Source: Thermodesulfobacteriota bacterium
GTDB taxonomy: Bacteria > Desulfobacterota > Desulfobulbia > Desulfobulbales > SURF-16
Assembly: GCA_040755455.1 (NCBI GenBank)
Contig: JBFMAY010000011.1
Location: 24,330 to 88,329, forward strand
Direction of reading: 5' to 3'
DNA: 64,000 bases
The translations under genes and the position numbers were made by a program. Of the stretch, positions 9,536 to 20,529 are shown one piece after another; position 1 is the first letter of the stretch, and each line of letters starts with the position of its first letter. Below the pieces are notes generated by a model. It did not search any database. It worked only from the letters and a program-made list of their open reading frames with translations, and had not been told where the DNA came from.

Positions 9536-10417
9536 TTATAGCATTTTCTGATCTTTCAGCACAGCCTTCATGCGGTTCATGGGCTCTTCACCCATGTGCC
9601 ACAACGGCTGGCGCGGGGTGCCGGACTTGATTTTACCCATCAGCTCCAGGGCCTTCTTGGCCGGCACCGGATTGGTATCATAGAACATGGCGCCCATGAG
9701 CGGGAAAAGCCGGTGTTGAATCTCCCGGGCCCGGGCCACATCCCCAGCCAAGGCTGCGTTCATCAGGTCGGACATGCCCCTGGGATGCACATTGGAGGTC
9801 ACGGAAATCACGCCGGTGCCGCCGAGCAGCACCAGCGACATGGCGGTGAAGTCATCGCCGGACAGGATGGCGAAATCCGCCGGACAGCGCCGGATAACAT
9901 CACAGGCCCGGTTCATGTCGCCGGTGGCCTCCTTGATGCCGACAATGTTGTCCACCTCGGCGCAGCGGGCCACGGTGGCGGCCGTCATGTCGACCGCGGT
10001 GCGGGATGGCACGTTATAGAGAACCAGGGGAAGATCCACCGCCTCGGCCACGGTCTTGAAATGCTGGTACAGGCCTTCCTGGGACGGCTTGTTGTAATAA
10101 GGGGTAATGACCAGCGCCCCGTCCGCCCCGGCCTCTTTGGCATGACGGGTCAGCTCGATTGTTTCCGTGGTGGAGTTGGAACCGGTGCCGGCCAGGACCG
10201 GCACCCGGCCCTTCACCGTCGCAATGGTCAGCTCCACCACCCGCTGATGCTCCGCATGGCTCAAGGTGGCCGACTCCCCGGTGGTGCCGCAAGGCACGAT
10301 GCCGTGGGTGCCGTTGGCAAGCTGAAACTCAATGAGATCCTTTAATCCCTGTTCATCAATGCGCCCATCAATAAACGGTGTCACTATGGCCACAAAGGCT
10401 CCTCGAAACGGCGTCAT
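9536..10417 (-). CDS. dapA: 4-hydroxy-tetrahydrodipicolinate synthase
   Basis: CGTTGESATL, PYYNKP, YNVPSRT, GIKEA. Confidence 0.96.
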   Translation of the reverse strand: MTPFRGAFVAIVTPFIDGRIDEQGLKDLIEFQLANGTHGIVPCGTTGESATLSHAEHQRVVELTIATVKGRVPVLAGTGSNSTTETIELTRHAKEAGADGALVITPYYNKPSQEGLYQHFKTVAEAVDLPLVLYNVPSRTAVDMTAATVARCAEVDNIVGIKEATGDMNRACDVIRRCPADFAILSGDDFTAMSLVLLGGTGVISVTSNVHPRGMSDLMNAALAGDVARAREIQHRLFPLMGAMFYDTNPVPAKKALELMGKIKSGTPRQPLWHMGEEPMNRMKAVLKDQKML

Positions 10418-10466
10418 ATGTACCTCCTCTGATTCTTGGAAATCAACTTATAAATTTTATCCTTGC

Positions 10467-11297
10467 TTACAGCATGGCTTCGGCGCTCAACTGCCCTTCA
10501 TAGATAAAATGCGCCGGCCCCTCAAGAAAAACTGCCGCGATTTTTCCTTCATCCTGCAGGGCAAAGTGGATGAGCAGCTTCTCGCCGCCGGAGGTGGTCA
10601 CCTGCACCGGGGAGCTGACCCGGCCGAGCAGCCCGGCGATCACCGCCGAGGCCACCGCGCCCGTGCCGCAGGCCATGGTCTCATCCTCAACGCCCCTTTC
10701 ATAGGTGCGGACATGGAGGCTATCAGGCCCCAGCACCTCCACGAAATTGGCATTGGCCCCGGCCGGCTGAAAGAGCTGGTGAAAACGGATGGCGGCCCCC
10801 CAGGCCTTGACCGGCGTGCCATGATTGCCGTCAACAAAGCAGACCGCATGGGGCACCCCGGTATTGAGAAAATGCACCTGGCGGGCAATGCCATCCAGCA
10901 CCACATCATGGTCAAGGGCCAGGCCTGTCGGCGGCGTCATGGCAAGCTTGACCCCCGTGCCCCTGATCTCGGCATGGATGATGCCGGCAACGGTCAAAAA
11001 ACTCATTTGGGCCGGGGCAATGCCCCTGCTGTGGGCGAAACGGGCCGCGCAGCGGGCGCCGTTGCCGCACATTTCGGCCTCGCTGCCGTCCGCATTGTAA
11101 AAATGCCAGCGGAAATCCGCCTGGTCGGAATTTTCAATGAGAATCAGGCCGTCGGCGCCGACTGAAAATTTGCGGCGGCAGACCGTCCTGGCAAAAGAAC
11201 CCATTTCCTCTTTGGCCAAAAAAGGTTGCCGGTGGTCAATGATGATGAAGTCATTGCCGGTACCGCTCATCTTGGTAAATGCGATTGGAAAATTCAT
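10467..11297 (-). CDS. dapF: Diaminopimelate epimerase
   Basis: GTGNDF, EMCGNGARC, ERGVEDETMACGTG. Confidence 0.96.
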   Translation of the reverse strand: MNFPIAFTKMSGTGNDFIIIDHRQPFLAKEEMGSFARTVCRRKFSVGADGLILIENSDQADFRWHFYNADGSEAEMCGNGARCAARFAHSRGIAPAQMSFLTVAGIIHAEIRGTGVKLAMTPPTGLALDHDVVLDGIARQVHFLNTGVPHAVCFVDGNHGTPVKAWGAAIRFHQLFQPAGANANFVEVLGPDSLHVRTYERGVEDETMACGTGAVASAVIAGLLGRVSSPVQVTTSGGEKLLIHFALQDEGKIAAVFLEGPAHFIYEGQLSAEAML

Positions 11298-11306
11298 AAT
11301 CCGTTT

Positions 11307-12545
11307 TTATGGTATCATCTCACCGGCAATCAGGGCGTCATAGGTCTCCCGCCGGCGGATCACGTGAAAAGACTCGCCATCCACCAGCACCTCAGGCACC
11401 CTGGGCCGGGAATTGTAATTGGATGACATGCTGAAGCCATAGGCCCCGGCACTCATGACGGCCAGCAGGTCGCCCTGCCGGCAGACCGGCACCTTCTTGC
11501 CCCTGGAAAGAAAATCACCGCTCTCACAGATGGGGCCGACCACGTCAGCCACCTCCTCCTCATCACCGCGGCGGACCACGGGCCGGATGGCATGATGGGC
11601 GTCATACAGGCTGGGCCGGGCCAGATCATTCATGCCGGCATCGACGATCACAAATTTTTTACCGCCCTGTTTGGTATACAGCACCCTGGTCACCAGGATG
11701 CCGGCATTACCCACGATAACGCGGCCCGGCTCCAGGATCAAGGTGCAGTCAAGCCCTTGCATCTCCCGCTCAAGGGCCGCGGCATAGGCGGCCGGCAGAG
11801 GCGGCTCCTCATCGCTGTAACGGATGCCGACCCCTCCTCCCAGATCAATAGTGGAGATGGAGATGCCAGCCTGCTTGAGGCGCTCGACAAACAACTTCAC
11901 CTTCTGCAGGGATTCGACAAAAGGTGATACATCGGTGAGTTGTGATCCTATATGACAGCTTACGCCGATAATCTCAATATTTTTCATCGTGCGGGCGGCA
12001 AGATAGGAATCCAGCGCATCCCGGATGGGGATACCGAACTTGTTTTTGGCCAGTCCGGTGGAGATATAGGCATGGGTTTTCGGGTCCACATCCGGGTTGA
12101 CCCGGAAGGAAACCGGGGCCGTCACGCCAAGCGAGGCGGCGACCTGCTGCAGGGTCTCCAGTTCCTGGTGTGATTCCACATTGAGCATCAGAATTTTCGA
12201 CTCCAGGGCGTAACGCATTTCGTCCTCGCTCTTTCCCACCCCGGAATAGACGATTTTCCGCGGGTCAATGCCGGCCTTGAGCGCCCGGAACAGCTCCCCG
12301 CCGGAAACGATATCCGCCCCGCCGCCCAGCTTGCCAAAGAGATTGAGCAAGGCGATGTTTGAACAGGCCTTGGTGGCGAAACAGGTTATATGCGGCAGGG
12401 TGAACGCTCCGTCAAAGGCCCGGAAATGGCGGGTCAGGGTGGCGGTGCTGTAGAGGTAAAACGGGGTGCCCACTGCCGCGGCAATATCGGCCACCGGCAC
12501 CTCCTCACAGAAAAGGACATCATTCTTGTATTGAAAATGGTTCAT
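11307..12545 (-). CDS. lysA: Diaminopimelate decarboxylase
   Basis: FATKAC, HIGSQ, EPGR, GPICESGD, GAYG..MSSNYN. Confidence 0.96.
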   Translation of the reverse strand: MNHFQYKNDVLFCEEVPVADIAAAVGTPFYLYSTATLTRHFRAFDGAFTLPHITCFATKACSNIALLNLFGKLGGGADIVSGGELFRALKAGIDPRKIVYSGVGKSEDEMRYALESKILMLNVESHQELETLQQVAASLGVTAPVSFRVNPDVDPKTHAYISTGLAKNKFGIPIRDALDSYLAARTMKNIEIIGVSCHIGSQLTDVSPFVESLQKVKLFVERLKQAGISISTIDLGGGVGIRYSDEEPPLPAAYAAALEREMQGLDCTLILEPGRVIVGNAGILVTRVLYTKQGGKKFVIVDAGMNDLARPSLYDAHHAIRPVVRRGDEEEVADVVGPICESGDFLSRGKKVPVCRQGDLLAVMSAGAYGFSMSSNYNSRPRVPEVLVDGESFHVIRRRETYDALIAGEMIP

Positions 12546-12597
12546 TGATTCACGAAAAAATTTAAATTTTGCTCACTTGGCGTTCTGCCGAAAAAAA

Positions 12598-13638
12598 TTA
12601 TCGCGGCAATTCCACTTCCCGTGAAAAAGCACTCTCATTGGGCGGCACCGCATCATCAATGGCGGTCACGGCATAATAGAGGGTCGCATCACCCTCCGGC
12701 AGATTGCGGTCGGTGAAAGAAAAGGAAGCCCGGTCCGTCTCGCCCACCAGCGTCATTTCCTGGTCCCCGGCCTGGCGCCGGTAGACACGAAAACCCGCCA
12801 CGCCCTGCTGGGCGATGTTCTCCCAGAGAATCTTCACCCCGTCAGCGGCGGCCACGATGGTGAATTTTTCCGGCGGCACCGGGGGAATCACATTGCGCGC
12901 CATGCCGGCTATCACCTCGCTCGCCGCGCCAAACAGCTCCGTGTCAGCCACCGTGCGCACCGCCCGCACCTGATAAAAATACTTCCTGCCGTTGTCCAGC
13001 CCTTGGTCAACATAGGAAAGACCGGCAACCGGCTCGCCGATTTTGTCAAACTCCCGGCCCTTATTGCTGCGATAGACCTGATAGCGCACAGCTTCGGCCA
13101 CCGGGCCGCCGTCACCCGTGGTCACCGGCTGCCAGCCGATGGTCAGACCCCGATCGGCGACCTGCAGGGTCAGCCCGGTCGGCGGCGGCAGCGGGCTCTC
13201 CCATTGGAAGGAAACCCTGTTTGAATCGCCGCTGACGATATTCCAGCCCGACCCGGACACCACCTTATAGGTGTAGCGGTAATGGCTTTGCAAGTCGGTA
13301 TCCGTATAGGTCATCCTGGCGCCGGGCTTGACCCCGGCCCCACTCAGGGTAATCGCCAGGTCATATTGCACGGGACAGTCCGCACAGAAATCTTCCGCGC
13401 CAACCTCGCTTTTATACAGCGTAAACGTCCTGACATTGTCTATTTTCTCACCTGATTCAGCAAGAATGGGATAGGTCCAGTTCAGGGTGGCACCCTGCTC
13501 ATCGAGGGAATGTTGTAAATCGGCAATCGGCACCGCAATGGCCGCCTGGGGGGGGATCGGCAGGGTTTTTCTTCCGCAACCGCAACAGCAGAGCAGCAGA
13601 AAACAACAAAGCGCTATGGCATACCCGCATCGGCTCAT
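12598..13638 (-). CDS. Lipoprotein with fibronectin type III repeats
   Basis: Lipobox-like ..GCGRKTLPIPP; repeated W...Y.VYR...Y.D...Y.Y.V FN3 pattern; CADCP. Confidence 0.8.
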   Translation of the reverse strand: MSRCGYAIALCCFLLLCCCGCGRKTLPIPPQAAIAVPIADLQHSLDEQGATLNWTYPILAESGEKIDNVRTFTLYKSEVGAEDFCADCPVQYDLAITLSGAGVKPGARMTYTDTDLQSHYRYTYKVVSGSGWNIVSGDSNRVSFQWESPLPPPTGLTLQVADRGLTIGWQPVTTGDGGPVAEAVRYQVYRSNKGREFDKIGEPVAGLSYVDQGLDNGRKYFYQVRAVRTVADTELFGAASEVIAGMARNVIPPVPPEKFTIVAAADGVKILWENIAQQGVAGFRVYRRQAGDQEMTLVGETDRASFSFTDRNLPEGDATLYYAVTAIDDAVPPNESAFSREVELPR

Positions 13639-13641
13639 CGC

Positions 13642-15027
13642 TTACATCCCCAGTTCCCTTTCCGCCCTCGCCAGCGCCTCCTTCACGCGGACGATGGAGG
13701 TGCCGCCGGTGGAACGGCGGCTGTCCACCGAGCCCTTCACGGTCAACACGGCAACAACATCCTCGTCGATGGCCTCGGAAAATTGACGCAGTTCATCCAG
13801 GGCAAGCTCGATCAGCTCCTTTTTCTTTTGCACGCAGTAGGCCACGGTCCGGCCGACAATGGCATGGGCCTGGCGGAACGGCACGTTTTTGCGCACCAGA
13901 TAATCGGCCAGATCCGTTGCCGTCATATAGCCTGTTTTGGTGGCATCCTCCAGGCGGGCCGTATTGAACTTCATATTGGCCAGCAGCTCGGCGGCAATGG
14001 CCAGCCCATGGCTTACGGTATCCAGGGTGTCAAAAACCGGCTCCTTATCTTCCTGCAGATCCCGGTTATAGGTGAGCGGCAGACCTTTCAGCATGGTGAG
14101 CAGCGCCATCAGGTTGCCCACCACTCGGCCGCTTTTGCCGCGGATCAGCTCCGGGATATCGGGGTTTTTCTTCTGCGGCATGATGCTGCTGCCGGTGCAG
14201 AAACTGTCGGCCAGCTCGACAAAGCCGAATTCACTGCTGGACCAGAGCACCAGCTCCTCGGCCAGGCGGCTCAGATGCAGCTGGATCAGCGCACAGGCGG
14301 CAACAAACTCAACGGCGAAATCACGGTCCCCCACCGTGTCCATGCTGTTGGCGCTGACCGTGGGAAAGCCAAGTTCGGCCGCCACAAACTCACGGTCAAT
14401 GGGCAGGCCGGTGCCGGCCAGGGCCGCGGCCCCCAAAGGCAGCACGTTGATTCTTTTGGCGCAGTCGCGCAGCCGCTCCTGATCGCGGCCAAACATCTCA
14501 TAATAGGCCAGCATATGATGGGAGATGAGCACCGGCTGGGCCCGCTGCAGATGGGTATAACCGGGCATCACCGCGCCGAGATAACGCCTGGCCAGTTTGA
14601 CAAAGGATTTCCGCACCCCGGCCAGGAGTTCCACCAGCCGGTCGGTCTCCTCCCGCAGATAGAGACGCAGGTCAAGGTTGATCTGATCATTTCTGCTGCG
14701 GGCCGTATGCAGCTTGGCCCCGGCCGGGCCGATTTTGTCCACCAGGGCCTTTTCGATATTCATATGAATATCTTCCAGTTCCGGCCTGAAGACAAAAACG
14801 CCCTGCTCGATCTCCTGCGCGATGGCGGCCAGACCCTCATCGATCCGCCCGCCTTCCTCGGCCGTGATCAGCCCCTGGCGGACCAGCATTTTCGCATGGG
14901 CCCGGCTGCCGGCGATGTCCTGGCGGTACAACCTGCAGTCATAGTGAATGGAGGCGGTAAAGGCCTCCACCGATGCAGCTGTTTTGCCGGAAAAGCGCCC
15001 TCCCCACAGTTTCGTTTCGTTTGTCAT
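13642..15027 (-). CDS. argH: Argininosuccinate lyase
   Basis: KLWGGRF, RSRNDQ, GYTHLQRAQP, GSSIMPQKKNPD. Confidence 0.97.
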   Translation of the reverse strand: MTNETKLWGGRFSGKTAASVEAFTASIHYDCRLYRQDIAGSRAHAKMLVRQGLITAEEGGRIDEGLAAIAQEIEQGVFVFRPELEDIHMNIEKALVDKIGPAGAKLHTARSRNDQINLDLRLYLREETDRLVELLAGVRKSFVKLARRYLGAVMPGYTHLQRAQPVLISHHMLAYYEMFGRDQERLRDCAKRINVLPLGAAALAGTGLPIDREFVAAELGFPTVSANSMDTVGDRDFAVEFVAACALIQLHLSRLAEELVLWSSSEFGFVELADSFCTGSSIMPQKKNPDIPELIRGKSGRVVGNLMALLTMLKGLPLTYNRDLQEDKEPVFDTLDTVSHGLAIAAELLANMKFNTARLEDATKTGYMTATDLADYLVRKNVPFRQAHAIVGRTVAYCVQKKKELIELALDELRQFSEAIDEDVVAVLTVKGSVDSRRSTGGTSIVRVKEALARAERELGM

Positions 15028-15030
15028 AAT

Positions 15031-15251
15031 GGTCTTATTAGTCTTGCTGGTCCAACTGGTCCGGTTGGTCTAACTGGTCTTCCTGGTCAATTCTTCATGT
15101 CTGCCTGCCGTAGGAGCGGGCCATGCCCGCGACCATTCGCTATTGCGGAAACACCGTTATCGCGGGCATGGCCCGCTCCTGCCCCGGTGATCTTATTGGT
15201 CAAATGCATCGGACCAGTCAGACTAATCGGGCCAGTCAAACCAGTCAGACC
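15031..15251. repeat. Two inverted 9-bp tandem arrays enclosing a REP doublet
   Basis: Seven GGTCTAACT-like units at 15031-15093; five AGTCAGACC-like units at 15207-15251; REP pair at 15110-15182. Confidence 0.8.
15110..15182. repeat. GTAG-family REP doublet (REPIN-like)
   Basis: GTAGGAGCGGGCCATGCCCGCGA (15110-15132) and inverted TCGCGGGCATGGCCCGCTCCTGC (15160-15182), 22/23 complementary. Confidence 0.8.
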
Positions 15252-16447
15252 TTTCGTAAAGCCTGCATGGTCATGCGCAACGCATTGAGCCGGATAAAAC
15301 CGCCGGCATCAGACTGGGTGTAAACCTCATCTTCCTCAAAGGTGGCGAAGCTCGCCTGATACAGGGACTGGTCCGACTTGCGGCCCACCGGAGTGCAGTT
15401 GCCCTTGTAGAGTTTCAGCCGCACCACGCCGCTCACCGTTTCCTGGGCCGTGTCCATGGTCTTCTGCAGTAGCCGCATCTCCGGCGAGAACCAGAAGCCG
15501 TTATAGATGAGCTCGGAATAACGGGGCACCAGACTGTCGCGGATCTTCATCACCTCCCGGTCAAGGGTGATGGTCTCCAGATCCCGGTGGGCGATGCGCA
15601 AAATGGTGCCGCCCGGCGTCTCGTAAACACCGCGGGATTTCATGCCGACAAAGCGGTTTTCCACCAGGTCAAGACGGCCGATGGCGTTCACCCCGCCCAG
15701 TTCATTCAAACGGGCCAGCATCCTGGCCGGGGAGAGTTTTTCCCCGTCAATGGCCACCGCATTGCCCTGCTCAAAGGCAAGCTCGATATAGGTCGGCTTG
15801 TCCGGGGCCTTCTCCGGGGAACGGGTCAACTTGAACATGGACTCATCCGGTTCATGCCACGGGTCCTCCAGAATACCCCCTTCAAAACTGATATGCAGCA
15901 GATTTTCATCGGAGCTATAGGGCTTCTCCTTGGTCACCGGGATGGGAATACCGTGTTTTTCCGCATAGGCGATCAGTTTGGTTCTGGAGTTGAGCTTCCA
16001 GAGACGCCAGGGAGCGATAATGGTCAGCCTGGGAGCAATGGCCAGATAGGCCATTTCAAAGCGCACCTGATCATTGCCCTTGCCGGTGGCGCCATGGCTC
16101 ACCGCATCCGCCTGCTCGGCCTTAGCAATCCGCACCTGCTCCTTGGCGATCACCGGCCGGGCCAGGGAGGTACCCAGCAGGTATGAGCCTTCATAAATGG
16201 CATTGGCCCGGAAGGCGGCAAAGACGTAGTCCCGGGCGAATTCCTCCTTCATGTCAGAGACAATAACCTTCTCGGCGCCGGTGGCCAGACCTTTCTGCCG
16301 CACCTTGTCCCAGTCCTCTTCCTGGCCGATATCCGCGGCATAGGCCACCACCGGGCACTGATACTCCTCCTGCAACCATTTCAGAATCACGGAGGTGTCG
16401 AGACCGCCGGAATAGGCCAGCACTATTTTCTTAACGTCCCCTGCCAT
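15245..16447 (-). CDS. argG: Argininosuccinate synthase
   Basis: [34 protein letters not shown]. Confidence 0.97.
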   Translation of the reverse strand: MAGDVKKIVLAYSGGLDTSVILKWLQEEYQCPVVAYAADIGQEEDWDKVRQKGLATGAEKVIVSDMKEEFARDYVFAAFRANAIYEGSYLLGTSLARPVIAKEQVRIAKAEQADAVSHGATGKGNDQVRFEMAYLAIAPRLTIIAPWRLWKLNSRTKLIAYAEKHGIPIPVTKEKPYSSDENLLHISFEGGILEDPWHEPDESMFKLTRSPEKAPDKPTYIELAFEQGNAVAIDGEKLSPARMLARLNELGGVNAIGRLDLVENRFVGMKSRGVYETPGGTILRIAHRDLETITLDREVMKIRDSLVPRYSELIYNGFWFSPEMRLLQKTMDTAQETVSGVVRLKLYKGNCTPVGRKSDQSLYQASFATFEEDEVYTQSDAGGFIRLNALRMTMQALRKV

Positions 16448-16458
16448 GCGAAACTCCT

Positions 16459-17379
16459 TTAACCCTCTGCCAAGATATGTTTTTCTAAGATAGCCTTATG
16501 GATATGCATCTTGTTTTCCGCCTGGTCGAAGGCACAGCACTGCGTACCTTCCAGCACATCATCGGTGATCTCCTCGCCCCGATGGGCGGGCAGACAGTGC
16601 AGAACCGTGGCGCCCGGCCTGGCTGCGGCAAGCAGTTGCCGGTTGACCTGAAAAGTCTGAAAAATTTTCACCCGTTCAGCCTGTTCATCCTCCTGGCCCA
16701 TGCTGGCCCAGACGTCACAGTTGACCACATCCGCATCACGCACCGCCTCAACCGGGTCTCTGAAGAGGGTAATCGGCTTCACCGCCTCTTTGGCGGCGGC
16801 AGCCATAACCGCCGCATCAGGATCATAACCCTGAGGGCAGGCCAGTTTCAGCTCAAAACCCAGGCGGCAGGCCGCCTGTATCCAGGTATTGGCCATATTG
16901 TTGCCGTCGCCGATCCAGGCAATTTTCAGCTTCGCGATGTCGCCCTTCACCTCCTCCACGGTCATAATGTCGCTTAACACCTGACAGGGATGAAAGAGAT
17001 CGGTCAGGGCATTGATCACCGGCACCGTGGAGTAGCGGCCGAGCTCTTCAACCACTTCCTGGCCGAAGGTGCGCACCACCATGGCGTTGACGTAGCGGGA
17101 CATCACCCTGGCCATATCCTTGAGCGGCTCGTTGCGGGCCAGCTGGGTATCACGGCTGGAGAGATAGATGACCTGGCCTCCCAGCCCATACATGGCGGAC
17201 TCAAAAGAGACGCGGGTCCTGGTTGACGGCTTCTCAAAGATCAGGCCGATAACCTTGCCGGCAAGCTGGTGGTGGAGGATGCCCTCCCGGGCTTCCTTTT
17301 TAAGCTGCATGGCCCTCCTGATATAGGAGTAAAGCTGCTGCTTATCAAAATCCCACAGGCGAAGAAGATGATTTGACAT
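16459..17379 (-). CDS. argF: Ornithine carbamoyltransferase
   Basis: [24 protein letters not shown]. Confidence 0.96.
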   Translation of the reverse strand: MSNHLLRLWDFDKQQLYSYIRRAMQLKKEAREGILHHQLAGKVIGLIFEKPSTRTRVSFESAMYGLGGQVIYLSSRDTQLARNEPLKDMARVMSRYVNAMVVRTFGQEVVEELGRYSTVPVINALTDLFHPCQVLSDIMTVEEVKGDIAKLKIAWIGDGNNMANTWIQAACRLGFELKLACPQGYDPDAAVMAAAAKEAVKPITLFRDPVEAVRDADVVNCDVWASMGQEDEQAERVKIFQTFQVNRQLLAAARPGATVLHCLPAHRGEEITDDVLEGTQCCAFDQAENKMHIHKAILEKHILAEG

Positions 17380-17407
17380 AAAATTCACACAAATTACATG
17401 AACCAGA

Positions 17408-17463
17408 GAGCCCACAGACTTCGCAGAAGAGCACATCTTGCGCTCTGCCAACTCTGTGGGCTC
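17408..17463. repeat. Long imperfect palindrome in the argD-argF spacer
   Basis: GAGCCCACAGA...GCAGA...TCTGC...TCTGTGGGCTC. Confidence 0.65.
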
Positions 17464-17574
17464 CAAGGCTCGTTTACTGTTGACGAGAAGTTATAATCAA
17501 AGAACTTTAAACGTAAATCAATACAAAAAAAGTATCTCTTTGGGAAGTTTTTTTTCCCGGGTGAGTTCCTTTTA

Positions 17575-18774
17575 CTATTTCCGCTTCTCCAGTGCCCAGA
17601 AAACATCCCGCAGCCGGCTGACCATGTCGTCAATCTGGCTTTCGCTGACCACCAGCGGCGGGATAAAGCGCAGGGCCACTCCTCCGGCAAAATTGGCCAG
17701 CACGCCTTGGGCGAAAAGACTTTTCACCATCTCAGCCCCCAGGCCGGCGCCGCGGCTGGTCAGCACCAGCCCCTGGATAAGCCCCAGCCCCCGCACCCCG
17801 GAGGCCAGCTCAGGAAACTGCTCGGCAAGCGCCTGCAGCCGGCCGGCAAGGTACTCCCCTTTCCGGACGACCGAGGCCAGAAAGCCATCGGCCAGCATGG
17901 TTTTCATCACCGTTACCGCAGCGGCGCAGGCCACCGGATTGCCCCCGAAGGTGGAGGCATGATCACCCGGCGAGAAAGAGGCGGCGACCTCCTGCCTGGC
18001 CAGCATGGCGCCGATGGGCAGGCCGTTGCCCAGGGCCTTGGCCAGGGTCATGATGTCAGGCGCGATGCCGAAGTGCTCATAGGCAAACAGGGTGCCGGTT
18101 CGGCCCATTCCCACCTGCACCTCATCAAAGATGAGCACGAGCCCGTATTGGTCGCAGAGTTTTCTGATGCCCTGCAGATACTCCGCCGGCAGCGGCCGCA
18201 CTCCGCCCTCACCCTGCAGGGGCTCGCAGAGGATACCGCAGGTCTTGTCGCTGATCATCCTCTCTAGGGCCGCCAGGTCGCCAAAGGGGGCATGGACGAA
18301 ACCTTCGGGCAGCGGCTCAAAGCCCTTGTGGAATTTGGTCTGGCCGGTGGCCGCCACCGTGGCCAGGGTCCGGCCGTGGAACGAGCCCTCCAGGGAAATA
18401 ATCTCATAGCGGCCGGGCCCGCCATGCTTGCGGGCCAGCTTGATGGCCGCTTCATTGACCTCGGCCCCGCTGTTGGCGAGAAAAACCCGGTCGGCGAAAC
18501 TGCTTGTCACCAGCAGTTCGGCAAGTTCCGTCTGCGGCCGGGTATAATAGAGATTGGAGACATGCACGAGCTTGCCGGCCTGGGCGACAATCGCCTCGGT
18601 CACGGCGGGATGACAGTGCCCCAGGCTGCAGACCGCGATGCCTGCGACAAAATCAAGATATTCCCTGCCCGTATCATCCTTCAGCAGACATCCCTTGCCT
18701 TCCACCATCACTGCGGGAAAACGGCCGTAGGTGTTCATGAACAGGCTGTCGCTTTTTTCCATAATATTTGTCAT
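17575..18774 (-). CDS. argD: Acetylornithine aminotransferase
   Basis: NSGAEVNE, SFHGRT, DEVQVGMGRTG, AKALGNG. Confidence 0.95.
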   Translation of the reverse strand: MTNIMEKSDSLFMNTYGRFPAVMVEGKGCLLKDDTGREYLDFVAGIAVCSLGHCHPAVTEAIVAQAGKLVHVSNLYYTRPQTELAELLVTSSFADRVFLANSGAEVNEAAIKLARKHGGPGRYEIISLEGSFHGRTLATVAATGQTKFHKGFEPLPEGFVHAPFGDLAALERMISDKTCGILCEPLQGEGGVRPLPAEYLQGIRKLCDQYGLVLIFDEVQVGMGRTGTLFAYEHFGIAPDIMTLAKALGNGLPIGAMLARQEVAASFSPGDHASTFGGNPVACAAAVTVMKTMLADGFLASVVRKGEYLAGRLQALAEQFPELASGVRGLGLIQGLVLTSRGAGLGAEMVKSLFAQGVLANFAGGVALRFIPPLVVSESQIDDMVSRLRDVFWALEKRK

Positions 18775-18785
18775 TTCATCTTCCT

Positions 18786-19667
18786 TTAGCGAACGATCTC
18801 CGTGCCGATCCCCTCCCGGGTGAACATCTCCAGCAAAATGGCGTGTTTGAGGCGACCGTCAACGATATGGGCCTTGCCCACCCCCTGGGCCAGGGCCTCC
18901 TGGCAGCATCTGATCTTGGGAATCATGCCGCCCACCGCCACGCCGGAGGCAATCATCTCATCCCCCTCCCGGCTGGTCATGGAGGCAACCAGTTTGCCCT
19001 CGCGGTCAAGCACTCCCTCAACATCGGTGAGCAGGATCAGCTTTTCCGCCTTCAGCTGGGATGCCACGGCACCGGCCACCAGATCCGCGTTGATATTATA
19101 AGACCCGCCGTCCTCGCCCACGCCCACCGGGGCAATGACCGGGATAAAATCCTGGCTGTCCAGGGTGATGAGCACCTCGGGATTGACCTGGGTGACCGCC
19201 CCTACCCGGCCCAAGTCAATCAATTCCGGCGGGGCATTTTCCGCCAGGCTCTTCATGACCTGCATCTTTTTGGCCTTGATCAGATCGCCGTCACGGCCGG
19301 ACAAACCGATGGCCTTGCCGCCATGGAAATTGATGAGACCGACGATCTCCTTGTTCACCTTGCCCACCAGCACCATCTCCACAACATCCATGGTCTCGCC
19401 GTCGGTGACGCGCAACCCATGGACATAGCTCGACTGGATGTTCATCTTCTGCAGAAACTTGTTGATCTGCGGACCGCCGCCATGCACCACCACCGGATTG
19501 ATACCGATGTATTTCATCAAAATGATGTCAAGGGCGAAATTCTTCTTCAGCTCCTCGTCAACCATGGCATGCCCGCCATATTTGATGACAACGGTCTTTT
19601 TATAGAACTCCTTGATATAAGGAAGGGATTCAATGAGGATATTGGCCTTTTCGATACTTGTGTCCAT
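18786..19667 (-). CDS. argB: Acetylglutamate kinase
   Basis: [29 protein letters not shown]. Confidence 0.96.
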   Translation of the reverse strand: MDTSIEKANILIESLPYIKEFYKKTVVIKYGGHAMVDEELKKNFALDIILMKYIGINPVVVHGGGPQINKFLQKMNIQSSYVHGLRVTDGETMDVVEMVLVGKVNKEIVGLINFHGGKAIGLSGRDGDLIKAKKMQVMKSLAENAPPELIDLGRVGAVTQVNPEVLITLDSQDFIPVIAPVGVGEDGGSYNINADLVAGAVASQLKAEKLILLTDVEGVLDREGKLVASMTSREGDEMIASGVAVGGMIPKIRCCQEALAQGVGKAHIVDGRLKHAILLEMFTREGIGTEIVR

Positions 19668-20013
19668 AATAACCTGAAAACGTTGATTTTTTCAACCAGG
19701 CAACAAGTCGATACCGCAACCCGGCATGACGTCCCGCTGACCGGTCGCCGCCGGCTCACCCGGCAGATCGACTCATTGCGTAACCAGTAACCAACCGCGC
19801 AGATGAGTAACGCAAGGGACAATTATTACATTATCGCCGCGGCCGAAGCAAAGAAAAAGCGCTGAATCATGCTGCTTATGCAATTTTAACGCCCTTCCTC
19901 TTTCCCTTCTTTACTTTCTTCCTTGCACCCAGTATTATTCGAGTAAACAGAGTATGCGGGAATAAGACAAAAAAACAGCAGGCTGAAATCACAACCTTAA
20001 AACAATGACTGCC

Positions 20014-20529
20014 ATGCGCAAAAAAATCTTTCTCCTTGGCTTTATCCTGGCAATGTTCCTGCCGGCCCCGGCCCTCTTCGCCCAGGAGACCAAAACGGAT
20101 GAGCCCATCCACGTCGAGGCTGACCGCATGGTTTCAAAGCAGAAGGAGAATGCCGTTATTTTTTCAGGTAATGTGGATGCAAAGCAGGGAATGCTTAACA
20201 TTCATTCCGACGAAATGACGGTCTACCACCAGAGTCAGCCGGCCACGGCAGGGCCCAAGCAGGACGGCCCCCAGAAAATCCAGAAGCTTTATGCGGAGGG
20301 CAATGTGAAAATCGTCCAGGAAAATCTGGTGGCCACCGGCAACCACATGGAATTTTTCGCTGATGAGCGCAAGGTATTGCTGACGGGTGACACCAAGGTA
20401 TGGCAGGATAACAACGTGGTGACCGGTGAGAAGGTCATGCTCGACCTCAAAACCGGGACCACCGTGGTTGAACCCAATAAAGACAACGGTGGCCGGGTAA
20501 AGGCCTTCTTTTATCCGGAAAACCAGTGA
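20014..20529 (+). CDS. lptA: Lipopolysaccharide transport periplasmic protein (OstA-like)
   Basis: Signal peptide, PIHVEADRM, FSGNV, GRVKAFF; directly upstream of lptB. An alternative start lies at 20005. Confidence 0.9.
   Translation: MRKKIFLLGFILAMFLPAPALFAQETKTDEPIHVEADRMVSKQKENAVIFSGNVDAKQGMLNIHSDEMTVYHQSQPATAGPKQDGPQKIQKLYAEGNVKIVQENLVATGNHMEFFADERKVLLTGDTKVWQDNNVVTGEKVMLDLKTGTTVVEPNKDNGGRVKAFFYPENQ

Noticed and set aside
13783..15288. 501 aa + strand ORF, and similar long antisense ORFs such as 46708-48045, 40287-41444 and 32775-34049
   Set aside because: Shadow frames of GC-rich genes (argH, nifE, nifK, nifV) with no recognisable motifs.
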